32,000 nt of DNA. It comes from Desulfobulbus propionicus DSM 2032 (GTDB lineage Bacteria; Desulfobacterota; Desulfobulbia; Desulfobulbales; Desulfobulbaceae). The DNA is taken from NCBI RefSeq assembly GCF_000186885.1, contig NC_014972.1:1590001-1622000 (forward strand), written 5' to 3'. The translations under genes and the position numbers were made by a program. Below, piece by piece: positions 20,694-29,691 of the stretch. The notes below the pieces were generated by a model that worked only from the letters and a program-made list of their open reading frames with translations, was not told the DNA's origin and searched no databases. Within the stretch, counting starts at the first letter, position 1. Every line of letters starts with the position of its first letter.

Positions 20694-23600
20694 ATGCGGC
20701 CTGAGCAAAAAAACGTCTCCCTGTGGGGCGTGGCCGCCATCGTCGCGCCGCTCGCGCTTCTGCTGGCCATCGGTCTCTGGGTGTACCGGACCGAAGCCGC
20801 CTCGGCCCGGGACAAGGCGGAACAGCAATTGGCCGCCATCGCCCACCTCAAAGTGGATCGATTGGTGGCCTGGCAGCGGGAGCGGCTGGACGATGCAGCC
20901 GCTCTTGGCGCCGACGCCCTGTGGCTTGGCCAGACGGCACGCTTCTTGGCCACGGCCGATGCACGGTTGGCAGGTCAACTGCGCAACCGTCTGCGCACCG
21001 TTGGCGCGCCTGGCCAGTACGTGGAGGTCCTGTTGGTCGATGCCGCGGGCCGCGTCCGCTTGAGCACAAACGGCGACTCCGAGCCGCCAGGGTACGCCGC
21101 CGCCCTGGCGCTGGCCCTGGGTCGCCGCCATCCTGTGTTCAGCGATCTGTTCGTGACGCCTCATTGCCGTTCACCCCGCGTTGCCCTGATCGCGCCGTTT
21201 TTTGTTCCCAATCAACGCACCGGACTGCCGCTGGGAGCGGTGGTGCTGATCAGCGATGCCGTGCAATGCTTTCAGTCATGGCTCCAGCCGTGGGGGCCAC
21301 CCGGCGCGACCGGCGAAATCCTGCTTATTCGGAGAGACGGCAGTCCGCTGCTGCTGGCGGAATCCTTGCCCAGGCTGTCGGTTCCGCTGCCGAGCCAGAT
21401 GTCTGGGCGCCACAGTGACTCGCTGGCCGCGGCGGCGATGCAGGGGCGGATCGGCGCGATCCGGGGCAGGGATCAACAGGGCGTTGATTCGCTGGCGGTG
21501 ATTGTCCCGGTGCCGGGAACCGAATGGAGAGTGATCGCCAAGGATGCGGCAGCACACGTTTTTGCCGCGTGGCGGTTTCGCGCCGCCCTGCTTTTGTTGG
21601 TCTTCGCGCTCCTCGCCGGTGGATTTGGCGGTCTGTGCCTGTTCATGCAACAGTACAACAAAAAAGTCCGATACATGGCTCTGTATGACGCCGAATCGCG
21701 TCTGCGGCACAGCATGGAGCGGCATCGCAGTACCGTGCAGGCCATTGATGACGGCATCATCGCCGCCGATGGCCAGGGGCGGATCGAACTGATCAATCCG
21801 GTGGCCGAGGCACTCACCGGTTGGCGCCAGGAGGAGGCGCTCGGCAGACCCTTGGAGGAGGTCTTCTGTCTGGTCGAGGAAACGACAGGGGAGCTGGTTC
21901 GCGGCTCCATTGCCCAGGTGCTGGGTTCAGGGACGGCGGGGGAGAGAAAGGGATATCATCTGCTTCGCGCCCGCGATGGCCGTGAACGTGCCGTCACCGG
22001 CTCGGTTGCTCCAATCCACGATGATCGGAACACACCGCTTGGGATCGTGCTGGCCTTCCGGGACCAGACCGAGGAACGGCAGGCTCAACGGCTGATGCAG
22101 GCACGGTTGTTCCTGCGCGAATACGCCTTTACCCATACATTAGAGGAGTTTTTCCTCAGGGCGCTGAAGGAAGTGGCCGCCCTGATGGAAAGTCCCCTGG
22201 TTTTTTGCCGTTGTCCGGAGCAAACCGTTTCCTCGGTAGTCATGCGCCGCCCGCCCTCGTCGAGAACCACCGCGTTCGCGCAGGCCGGGAATGGCTGGGT
22301 GACGGTCAGTGGCATTGACTGGATGGATGCCTGGTTCGATCGCCTCGGGACCGGGCAGCCGCCGGTGGTCGACGATCCTGGCGTATCGGCGGGGTCGGCG
22401 AGCGCTGTCGCTCCATGGTGGATCAAGGGGAAGGTGCTGGCGGTGCCGGTGCTGCGGGCGGGCAAGGTCCTCGCTCTCTTTGCTGTGGCTGAAAAATCGG
22501 GACACTACTCACCCCAGGAGCACGAAACACTGACGCGGATCGCCGAGTTCACCTGGCGGCTGGTTGAGCGGAAACAGGTGGAGGAGGAATTGCTGGCCAG
22601 TGAGCGGCAGTACCGGACCCTGTACCGGAGCATGATGGATGCCTTTGTGGTGACTGACATGCACGGTCATATCCGCCAATGCAACGATGCCTACTGCGCC
22701 ATGCTCGGTTATGACCGCGAGGAACTCAGACGCATGCGGGTCAGTGATGTCACCCCCGCGCAGTGGCTGGCCTACGAAGACGAACAGGTGAGAAACCAGC
22801 TGATGCACGGCGGATGCTCGGGGCTCTATGAAAAGGAATATCGGCGAAAGGATGGAACGCTCATTCCTGTGGAATTGCGTACTTTTCTCCTGATTGACAA
22901 CGATGGCCAGCCCGAGGGGATGTCGGCGGTTGTCCGGGACATTTCTGAACGCAAGCGTGCGGAACAGGAAGAGGCAAAACTGCTCGCCCGGTTAAGCCAG
23001 TCGCAGAAAATGGAGTCCGTGGGCCAATTGGCCGGCGGGGTGGCCCACGATTTCAACAACATGCTCAGCGTCATCCTCGGCTATGCGGAACTGGCCCTGC
23101 GCAAGATGGAGGTGCCCGAGCCCCTGCATGGCTATCTTGAGGAAATCGTCAAGGCTGGCAGGCGTTCCTCCGAAATCACCCGCCAACTGCTGGCCTTTGC
23201 CCGTCAGCAGACCATTGCCCCGAGGATCCTGGATCTGAACGAGACGGTGGAAGGCATGCTTAAAATGCTGCGCCGGCTGATCGGCGAGGATGTGGTGCTC
23301 AGATGGGTGCCAACCCCTGACCTGTGGCCGATCAGGATGGACCCAACCCAGGTGGACCAACTGCTGGCCAACCTGTGCGTCAATGCCCGTGACGCCATTG
23401 CCGGTGTGGGCAATATCACCATCGAAACGGGCAGAGCCACCTTTGATCAGGCCTATTGCGCCGGCCGGTCCGGAGTGATGCCCGGTGATTTTGTGCTCCT
23501 GGCGGTCAGCGATAACGGCAGCGGCATCGAACGTGATCTGCTCGACAAGATCTTTGAACCTTTTTTCACCACCAAGGATGTTGGCCGGGGAACCGGGCTG

Positions 23601-24131
23601 GGGCTGGCGACCGTGTACGGCATCGTCAAGCAGAACGAGGGCTTTATCAACGTGTACAGTGAGCCGGGCGTCGGCACCACCTTCCGCATTTATCTGCCGC
23701 GCCAAATCGGGACGGTCGAGGATAAACCGGAAATAGAGGCGATCACGGCCATGCCGACGGGCCAGGGGCAAACCGTCCTGGTGGTGGAAGATGAGGAGGC
23801 GATGCTCACCCTGAATCGTTCGATGCTTGAGTATCTGGGCTATACGGTCCTGACCGCCGGCACGCCTGGCGAGGCCCTGCGACTGGCCAAGGCGCATGGC
23901 GCGTCCATCGAGCTCTTGGTCGTCGATGTAATCATGCCGGAAATGAACGGCCGTGAGCTTTCCAAGGAGATCGAAACCCTGTGCCCGCGGGTCAAAACCT
24001 TGTTCACGTCGGGCTATACCGCCAATGTCATTGCCCATCGGGCGGTTCTGGACAAGGGCGTGCGGTTCATGACGAAGCCGTTTTCCACCGGGGAGTTGGC
24101 GCGCAAGGTCTGGGAAACCTTGCACGGTTAG
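20694..24131 (+). CDS. Hybrid sensor histidine kinase (periplasmic sensor, PAS, GAF-like, PAS, HisKA, HATPase_c, REC)
   Basis: ATG at 20694 gives a TM helix (VSLWGVAAIVAPLALLLAIGLWVY). A second TM is near aa 330. PAS segments (IIAADGQGRIELINPVAEALTGW; AFVVTDMHGHIRQCNDAYCAMLGY). H-box VGQLAGGVAHDFNNML. ATPase (SDNGSGI, GTGLGLATVYGIV). C-terminal receiver (VLVVEDE...VVDVIMPEMNG...TKP). No Hpt domain. Confidence 0.9.
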   Translation: MRPEQKNVSLWGVAAIVAPLALLLAIGLWVYRTEAASARDKAEQQLAAIAHLKVDRLVAWQRERLDDAAALGADALWLGQTARFLATADARLAGQLRNRLRTVGAPGQYVEVLLVDAAGRVRLSTNGDSEPPGYAAALALALGRRHPVFSDLFVTPHCRSPRVALIAPFFVPNQRTGLPLGAVVLISDAVQCFQSWLQPWGPPGATGEILLIRRDGSPLLLAESLPRLSVPLPSQMSGRHSDSLAAAAMQGRIGAIRGRDQQGVDSLAVIVPVPGTEWRVIAKDAAAHVFAAWRFRAALLLLVFALLAGGFGGLCLFMQQYNKKVRYMALYDAESRLRHSMERHRSTVQAIDDGIIAADGQGRIELINPVAEALTGWRQEEALGRPLEEVFCLVEETTGELVRGSIAQVLGSGTAGERKGYHLLRARDGRERAVTGSVAPIHDDRNTPLGIVLAFRDQTEERQAQRLMQARLFLREYAFTHTLEEFFLRALKEVAALMESPLVFCRCPEQTVSSVVMRRPPSSRTTAFAQAGNGWVTVSGIDWMDAWFDRLGTGQPPVVDDPGVSAGSASAVAPWWIKGKVLAVPVLRAGKVLALFAVAEKSGHYSPQEHETLTRIAEFTWRLVERKQVEEELLASERQYRTLYRSMMDAFVVTDMHGHIRQCNDAYCAMLGYDREELRRMRVSDVTPAQWLAYEDEQVRNQLMHGGCSGLYEKEYRRKDGTLIPVELRTFLLIDNDGQPEGMSAVVRDISERKRAEQEEAKLLARLSQSQKMESVGQLAGGVAHDFNNMLSVILGYAELALRKMEVPEPLHGYLEEIVKAGRRSSEITRQLLAFARQQTIAPRILDLNETVEGMLKMLRRLIGEDVVLRWVPTPDLWPIRMDPTQVDQLLANLCVNARDAIAGVGNITIETGRATFDQAYCAGRSGVMPGDFVLLAVSDNGSGIERDLLDKIFEPFFTTKDVGRGTGLGLATVYGIVKQNEGFINVYSEPGVGTTFRIYLPRQIGTVEDKPEIEAITAMPTGQGQTVLVVEDEEAMLTLNRSMLEYLGYTVLTAGTPGEALRLAKAHGASIELLVVDVIMPEMNGRELSKEIETLCPRVKTLFTSGYTANVIAHRAVLDKGVRFMTKPFSTGELARKVWETLHG

Positions 24132-24165
24132 CCTGGAGGGCAAGCGCGGCCAGGACCAGCCCGGT

Positions 24166-25548
24166 TCAGTTCCTTTTCGCCTGCATTTCCCTGTACATGA
24201 ACCGGACCATCAGGGCCAGGGCCATCACCCCCGCCACCAGTACCAGCCATAACAAAAGGGTTTTCCACGAAGTGGCCGCCAGGCGCGGCGTGAGCGCCTG
24301 CTCACCGGCCAAAACCTGGATTGGACCAGGTTCGATCGGCTTGAGCCGCGATTCGGCTCCGGTTTCCCGCAGGACGGCGAGGATCAGCTGACCCTCGGCG
24401 GGCCGCTGTCCCCCTGCCTTGACACTGCCGAAGGCCACTGTGTAGAGACCGCTGCCTCGGGCGAGGAAGACCAGCTGCAGCGGCCGCCATCCCAATTCAA
24501 GCCTGGGCGCCGGCCCGCCGTTGCCCAGGCCTGCGCCGTCGGACAGCACCCGGATCCGCCATTGGCCATCGCTGGTGGGAGGGCAGTAGATCAAGGGGTT
24601 GGTCAATGTCTTGCCCTCCTGTTCGATCCGGTAGAAATCGGCCTGGACTGCGGGTCGCCAGGGGACATCGGCGGCGGAGCGCGATTCGATTGCCGCCCGC
24701 AGCAGTGAATTGGCCGAGGGGAAACGGAGACGCAGGGCCGTCACCCTGATGTTGGCCTCGAGCCGGTATTCGAGGAGCGTCTGACTGTTTTCCTCCCGGC
24801 GGTGCACCGGATCGAGCGGCAGCCAGCGCCACTGGTCGTCGTCGGCCGCGGCACCCGAGAGGGCAGACGCCTCCCGCAGTCGCAGCGGGGTCCGGCAGTC
24901 GCGGCAATCGAGTCTGAGGTAGGGGGATGCGGTCAACGGCAAGACAATGCGGCGGGCTGTGACCTGGCCGCCGTTGTAACGGAGATCAGCCAACACCGCC
25001 TTGGTGACCAGGGGAGACCAGTGGACCAAATCAGCGCTGTGCGCAAGGCTGACGGTACACAGGCCGACTGGGCCAGCCTCGTCCCAACGCAGCTCCAATG
25101 CCGTCGGCGCGGTGGCAATCGTGCTGAGATCAAGGAGATAGGAGGACGGTGGCGCTTGCTGTCCGGCTTGATTGTCCGCATCGACGGTGACCGCCGCGCC
25201 CAGGGCATTGCGGCTGACCCGTAGGGAAAGATCGCCGCTCACCCCTTGACGGCCCTCGGGTAAGGGAAAGAAGGGCACTGCCTGCCTGCGTTCGACCGGC
25301 GGCGGGTCGAGACTGCGCAGGGCATGGGGCACGGCCTCGCCAGCGGCGTTGAACACCATGAGATCCCCCATATCCTGTCGGGTCACCGCGGCATGGACCT
25401 CCAGCGGCAGGATAAGACCGTGGACGGCATCCGGATCGGTGACCGGCACCGGGCAGCCGTAGGCAAAGTCAGTCGGGGTCAGCCGGGCGGCCCTGGCCGG
25501 CAGGACCATCGTCAGGGTCAGCAGGCCGATAAGCAGCGTAACATTCAT
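24166..25548 (-). CDS. DUF3999 family protein (signal peptide, C-terminal TM anchor)
   Basis: ATG at 25548 gives MNVTLLIGLLTLTMVLPARAA, then LTPTDFAYG...LILPLEVHAAV...DLMVFNAAGEAVPHA, which matches my memory of the DUF3999 N-terminal signature. C-terminal TM LLLWLVLVAGVMALALMV. The longer track ORF (to 26676) overlaps the upstream gene in another frame and is discarded. Confidence 0.75.
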   Translation of the reverse strand: MNVTLLIGLLTLTMVLPARAARLTPTDFAYGCPVPVTDPDAVHGLILPLEVHAAVTRQDMGDLMVFNAAGEAVPHALRSLDPPPVERRQAVPFFPLPEGRQGVSGDLSLRVSRNALGAAVTVDADNQAGQQAPPSSYLLDLSTIATAPTALELRWDEAGPVGLCTVSLAHSADLVHWSPLVTKAVLADLRYNGGQVTARRIVLPLTASPYLRLDCRDCRTPLRLREASALSGAAADDDQWRWLPLDPVHRREENSQTLLEYRLEANIRVTALRLRFPSANSLLRAAIESRSAADVPWRPAVQADFYRIEQEGKTLTNPLIYCPPTSDGQWRIRVLSDGAGLGNGGPAPRLELGWRPLQLVFLARGSGLYTVAFGSVKAGGQRPAEGQLILAVLRETGAESRLKPIEPGPIQVLAGEQALTPRLAATSWKTLLLWLVLVAGVMALALMVRFMYREMQAKRN

Positions 25549-28214
25549 CGGGGCAGCTCCTCGGGCTTGGGAGGGAGGGGGGCGAAAAAGCCGATGATCA
25601 GCATCAGCAGGCCAACCACCAGAAAGGACACGATGCGGCCGATGGTTCCGGTGCCGGAAAGATCGATCACAAACAGCTTGATCACCGTCAGGCACAGCAG
25701 CCCGGCACCGGTGAGCCAGACCCTGCGGTATGCCTTGCGGGCCCCCAGGATGGTCAGGGTCAGGGCCAGGACGGACCAGAGGGCCGCCACGGCGGCCTGC
25801 AGAATTGGGGAGGAGAAAAGGGCGTCGAACCGGTAGGGAACATGGGCATACCAATGGACGCAGCGACCAACCGCCACATTGAGCCAGATAAACAACAAGG
25901 CCGCGGTCGCGATCAACCCTCTCTCTCCAAACAGGCTGGATGTGGTTGGGCGCAGGGTGCGGAGGAGTGCCAGCAGGAGAATGGCCAGCTCGACCAGCTC
26001 CAGGGGATTGAGCAGCGGCAGGAAGGGCAGGGGATCGGGGTCGCCGCTGGCGGTGAAGGAGGCCAAGGTCCACAGCAGCAGGGCCAGCAAGGGGACATCG
26101 GTGGCGATACCGTGGTAGGTCGCGGCACAACGGGCCACAGGCCAGGTCAGCCGATCGCCGTGGAATTCGAGGGCAAAGAGCACGACCATGGGCACGCCGC
26201 CCCAGCAGGCCAGGGACCAGACTTCGGCGATTCCCGCCATCCGATCCACCCGCCAGGCAAGCTCGATGGCGAGCACTGCCATCAGCAACCACAGACCAAG
26301 GCTGTGCCCCCAAGGCAGTGAGCGGGGCGGTAACTGCTCCTCGAAGCGGGCCAGCAGCCCATACAGCACCGTAAAGGCCAGGGGCCAGGCCAGCCAGCCA
26401 CAGCCGGCCAACAGCGATCCAGCGTTCCAACCCATGACCTGGGCGATCAGGGTGAACAGCATGATCGGCAGCAGGACCAGCAGGCCGGTGACCATCCGCT
26501 GCCAACTGAAACGGTGCGCCAGGCCCCCCAGACAGAGGGTGGTCAGGCCGGCGTAAAGAAGAAAGGCAGGCGGCAGCGTTTGGCCCTCCAGGTGATGGTC
26601 CAGATCCCGGTAACCTCCGCCGTACCACCAGCTCAACCCCCAAGCGAGCAGTAATGGCGGTAAGGGGAGCTCCCAAGGGGATGCCTGGTCGCGATACCGA
26701 TCAAGCCAGAAGCTGGAGAACAGGGCGGCGCTGGCCAGCAGAGCACTGCCGAGAAAGGCCCAGTTGACCAACAGCCCGCTGTCGGCGGGCAAGACCAGGC
26801 CGTCCACGAAACTCACAGCGGCACCGATCTGGAGTAGCAGACCGAACAGCCGGGCCAGCGGCCGGTCCTGCCGCGACCCGATCCAGACCATGGCCGCGCC
26901 TTCCAAAGCCCAGGCAGCGGCGGTCCAGTTCGGGCCGAGTCCCAGGGGAATGGCCAAGCTGGCGAAGACCACGCCCAGGGCAAGAAAGGCCTCGGTCAGC
27001 AGCCGCATCCCCTCAGCCAGCTGTCTCCACAGCAGCCAGGACAACCCGACATACCAGCCGCCCAGCATCAGGGCACTCAGCGCCATGCCGTAACGGAAAT
27101 CGTGCACCAGATAGGCTTGGAGGCCGCTGGCGACAATCGGCAGGCCAAACACCAACGGGCCGTCGATGAAGCCGCGCAGTCGCAGGGGCTGACGATGGGC
27201 GAACAGGACCGCGATCAGGCAGTACATCAGGAAAAAGAGGATCAAAAAGGGTTCGGTGGTGGCAAAATGGTCCGGGGTATAGGCCGAGGCTCCCCAAAGG
27301 GTGGCGATGGCAAAGGTGAAGGTAAAACCGATCAGATTGAGTTCCCGCCAAGCCTTGAACCAGGCAATGCCGAGAATGCTGCTGTTGAGCAGGGCGTAGT
27401 AGGAGAAGAGGAGTACATGGCTGCCGCTGTCGGTGGACATCAGCACCGGAGCGAGAAAACCGCCGATGGAACCGGACACCGCCAACCCCCGGGCCTCCTG
27501 CAACACCGCCAGGGCACAGGACAGCCCCACTAGGCTGATCATCACCGTTAGGGCCAGGGGCAGGGGCAGGAGATGGTAGAGCTTGGCTGCGGCAAAGACC
27601 ACCAGGTACAGGACGCCGATGCCACCGCCTTCCAGACCCAGGCCATAGTTCCTGCGGCTGTGGCGCAGTCGCCAACCGGCGGCCAGCAGGATCAGACCGC
27701 CCAGGGCCACCCCGGCCAGGCGCAGTTCGATGGGGATCAGGGTGCGCTGGGCCGCATACTTGAGCAGGAAAGCCACCCCAAAGAACAGGACCACCAGGCC
27801 GATTTTGAGCACCGGATTGCCGCTGGTGAAAAAGGTGACTACCGGCGCAGTCAAACCGGCCAAGAGGCCGCGAACCGGTACCTGGTCAGGGGATGGTGGC
27901 GGAGGTTTCCCCTCCGGAGCCGCTCGTGGGTGTTCCTCGGCGGCCGCCGCTTGTCTTGAAAACGATTTGTCCGCCGTGGGCTCACCCGGATCACGGACAA
28001 GGGGCGTCCCGTGTGTTGCTTCCGGATGGTCGTCTCGGGCGATGGCGGTCGTGGTCCGTTCCAGTCTCTCTATCCGGCGGCGGAGGGCAACCACTTCGAT
28101 CGCCAGGTAAATCACCGCACCGGCGAGGAGAGCGTTGAGCAGGCTATGGGGATAGACCCGCATGCCGACACCGACGGCCAAAAGTACCGCCAGGAGGGAA
28201 AGAGCTGTTCGCAT
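25545..28214 (-). CDS. DUF2339 family polytopic membrane protein (~889 aa)
   Basis: ATG at 28214 (GAGG ~7 nt upstream) gives an N-terminal TM helix, a short coiled segment (LRRRIERLERT) and a Pro-rich linker, followed by more than 20 predicted TM helices. GNPVLKIGLVVLFFGVAFLLKYAAQ matches the DUF2339 signature as I remember it. Its stop overlaps the DUF3999 start (ATGA). Confidence 0.78.
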   Translation of the reverse strand: MRTALSLLAVLLAVGVGMRVYPHSLLNALLAGAVIYLAIEVVALRRRIERLERTTTAIARDDHPEATHGTPLVRDPGEPTADKSFSRQAAAAEEHPRAAPEGKPPPPSPDQVPVRGLLAGLTAPVVTFFTSGNPVLKIGLVVLFFGVAFLLKYAAQRTLIPIELRLAGVALGGLILLAAGWRLRHSRRNYGLGLEGGGIGVLYLVVFAAAKLYHLLPLPLALTVMISLVGLSCALAVLQEARGLAVSGSIGGFLAPVLMSTDSGSHVLLFSYYALLNSSILGIAWFKAWRELNLIGFTFTFAIATLWGASAYTPDHFATTEPFLILFFLMYCLIAVLFAHRQPLRLRGFIDGPLVFGLPIVASGLQAYLVHDFRYGMALSALMLGGWYVGLSWLLWRQLAEGMRLLTEAFLALGVVFASLAIPLGLGPNWTAAAWALEGAAMVWIGSRQDRPLARLFGLLLQIGAAVSFVDGLVLPADSGLLVNWAFLGSALLASAALFSSFWLDRYRDQASPWELPLPPLLLAWGLSWWYGGGYRDLDHHLEGQTLPPAFLLYAGLTTLCLGGLAHRFSWQRMVTGLLVLLPIMLFTLIAQVMGWNAGSLLAGCGWLAWPLAFTVLYGLLARFEEQLPPRSLPWGHSLGLWLLMAVLAIELAWRVDRMAGIAEVWSLACWGGVPMVVLFALEFHGDRLTWPVARCAATYHGIATDVPLLALLLWTLASFTASGDPDPLPFLPLLNPLELVELAILLLALLRTLRPTTSSLFGERGLIATAALLFIWLNVAVGRCVHWYAHVPYRFDALFSSPILQAAVAALWSVLALTLTILGARKAYRRVWLTGAGLLCLTVIKLFVIDLSGTGTIGRIVSFLVVGLLMLIIGFFAPLPPKPEELPR

Positions 28215-28375
28215 GTCCGTGCCTCGTTTCAGGTCTTGTTCAGAACCAATCCCCAGGGGGCAATCCGTGCCGCTACGGCCCGGTTGGAAAGGTCTGTCCG
28301 ATTCCCGTGAGCAAAAAGCCGGACAGAAAACAGGGACGGATGATTTGATTGAAGAAATGCGCAATTGAAAACGGT

Positions 28376-28414
28376 GGGGAAGCCGTTTTCAGCTTTCCCA
28401 CCGCTTTGAAGACG
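28376..28414 (-). terminator. Probable intrinsic terminator downstream of the cytochrome c peroxidase gene
   Basis: Minus strand: 12-bp stem with one mismatch (28382-28393 / 28402-28413), followed by TTTTCAA. The U-tract is short, so confidence is moderate. Confidence 0.5.
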
Positions 28415-28469
28415 GAACTCCGCGAGATCGTGGACAAGAGACTGGGCTCCGTGTCCTTACGTTGCGGCG

Positions 28470-29519
28470 TTATTCCAGCGACGGCTTGGGCGTTGCCTGG
28501 GTGGGTGCCGGCAGGATGGGATGCAGCACCTGGGGCTGTTTGCCGGTGGTTGTCTTGAGAAAGGCGACAATCTTGCCGATATCCCCCTCTTTGAGGTCGG
28601 CGCCGATCTGCGAATCGTTCATCACCTGCACCGCTTCTGCCAATTCCCAAACCACGCCTGAATGGAAGTAGGGCGGTGTCAGCTCGATATTGCGCAACGA
28701 GGGTGATTTAAACGAGAATTCGTCGTCCTTGGCCTGGGTAATGGCAAACCGACCCTTGTCGCCGGCGATGATTTTTTCACTTGGTTTGTTGACCACCCCC
28801 AAGGGGTAGTACTGATCACCGCCCATATTGACCCCGCCATGGCATTCGACACAGCCATGGACCATGAACAGCTTCAAGCCTTCCTGTTCATTTTGGGCCA
28901 GCGCCTTGGCATCGCCCTTGAGAAAGAGATCGAATTTCGAGTCAGGGGTGATGAGGGTGGCTTCAAAGGCTTCGATGGCCTTGGCCATGTTGTCGAAAGT
29001 CACCGGATCGCTCTCGCCGGGGAACGATCGTTTAAACAGGGCCACGTATTCGGGCATGCTGTTGAGGGTTTTGACCACGTTTTCCGGGGTGTTGTTCATC
29101 TCCACCCCAGCCTGAATCGGCCCTTTGGCCTGCTCCGCCAGATCCTTGGCTCGGCCGTCCCAGAACTGGGCCACGTTGAAGACCGAATTGAGCACGGTCG
29201 GGGCATTGCGCGGCCCCTGTTTCCAGCCGTGACCAGTGGATGTCTGTTGGAAGTCGGCGCCAGCCATGCCGACGTTGTGACAGGTGTTGCAGCTGATTAG
29301 GCCGCTTTTCGACAGCCTGGGGTCAAAATACAGCATCTTGCCCAGTTCGATCTTGTCCGGCGTCGCCTCGTTCCCCTTGATGGCCGGCGCCTTGTCCGGG
29401 ACGGGCTGGAACTGGGCCTGGGCATCCTTCATCACGGTGTCTTCGGCGTTGGCGGAAAAACCAACCGCGGAAAGAGAGAGCGTCAAGCTCAGGGCTGCGA
29501 ACAGATAGGTCTTTTTCAT
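28470..29519 (-). CDS. ccpA: Dihaem cytochrome c peroxidase (CcpA/MauG family)
   Basis: Signal peptide. Two haem sites, CNTCH and CVECH. Conserved GPRNAPTVLN, FWDGRA, PSLRN and PPYFHSG. I prefer the ATG at 29519 (GGAGG with 6-nt spacing) over 29525, where the SD abuts the ATG. Confidence 0.92.
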   Translation of the reverse strand: MKKTYLFAALSLTLSLSAVGFSANAEDTVMKDAQAQFQPVPDKAPAIKGNEATPDKIELGKMLYFDPRLSKSGLISCNTCHNVGMAGADFQQTSTGHGWKQGPRNAPTVLNSVFNVAQFWDGRAKDLAEQAKGPIQAGVEMNNTPENVVKTLNSMPEYVALFKRSFPGESDPVTFDNMAKAIEAFEATLITPDSKFDLFLKGDAKALAQNEQEGLKLFMVHGCVECHGGVNMGGDQYYPLGVVNKPSEKIIAGDKGRFAITQAKDDEFSFKSPSLRNIELTPPYFHSGVVWELAEAVQVMNDSQIGADLKEGDIGKIVAFLKTTTGKQPQVLHPILPAPTQATPKPSLE

Positions 29520-29627
29520 GGTCATCCTCCATCTGGTAAAGGGTATGTTTTCCGATTCCCGGTTCCCAATGTACTACAGATGTCCGCGTTGGCAAGCATA
29601 CATGCTGTAACCCGGTGCCGGCGAGGG

Positions 29628-29647
29628 GCCTTGTCCCTTGACAAGGC
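29628..29647. promoter_or_regulatory. 20-bp perfect palindrome GCCTTGTC-CCTT-GACAAGGC upstream of the peroxidase gene (candidate transcription-factor operator)
   Basis: 8-bp arms with a 4-bp spacer, centred ~118 nt upstream of the ccpA start (29519). The core TTGTC-N4-GACAA has CRP/FNR-family geometry. The adjacent A/T tract is on the wrong side for a terminator in either direction. Confidence 0.4.
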
Positions 29648-29691
29648 GAAAAAAAAGGGAAAACGATGCAGGATCGCTTCCGCGGCCGAGT

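Noticed and set aside
25549-26676. N-terminal 375-aa extension of the track ORF 24166..26676.
   Set aside because: It overlaps the DUF2339 coding region in a different frame of the same strand and is Pro/Arg/Gly-rich. An internal ATG at 25548 yields a clean signal peptide and an ATGA coupling to the upstream stop.
28260-28271. Sigma-54-like motif GGCACG-GA-TTGC on the minus strand upstream of the DUF2339 gene.
   Set aside because: The spacing between the GG and GC elements is GG-N8-GC, two nucleotides short of the obligatory GG-N10-GC, so it is unlikely to bind RpoN holoenzyme.
29628-29656. The palindrome plus poly-A run as a Rho-independent terminator for the HDOD-GGDEF gene.
   Set aside because: On the minus strand the U-tract would be transcribed before the hairpin. 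On the + strand the hairpin is followed by A residues. Neither orientation fits an intrinsic terminator.
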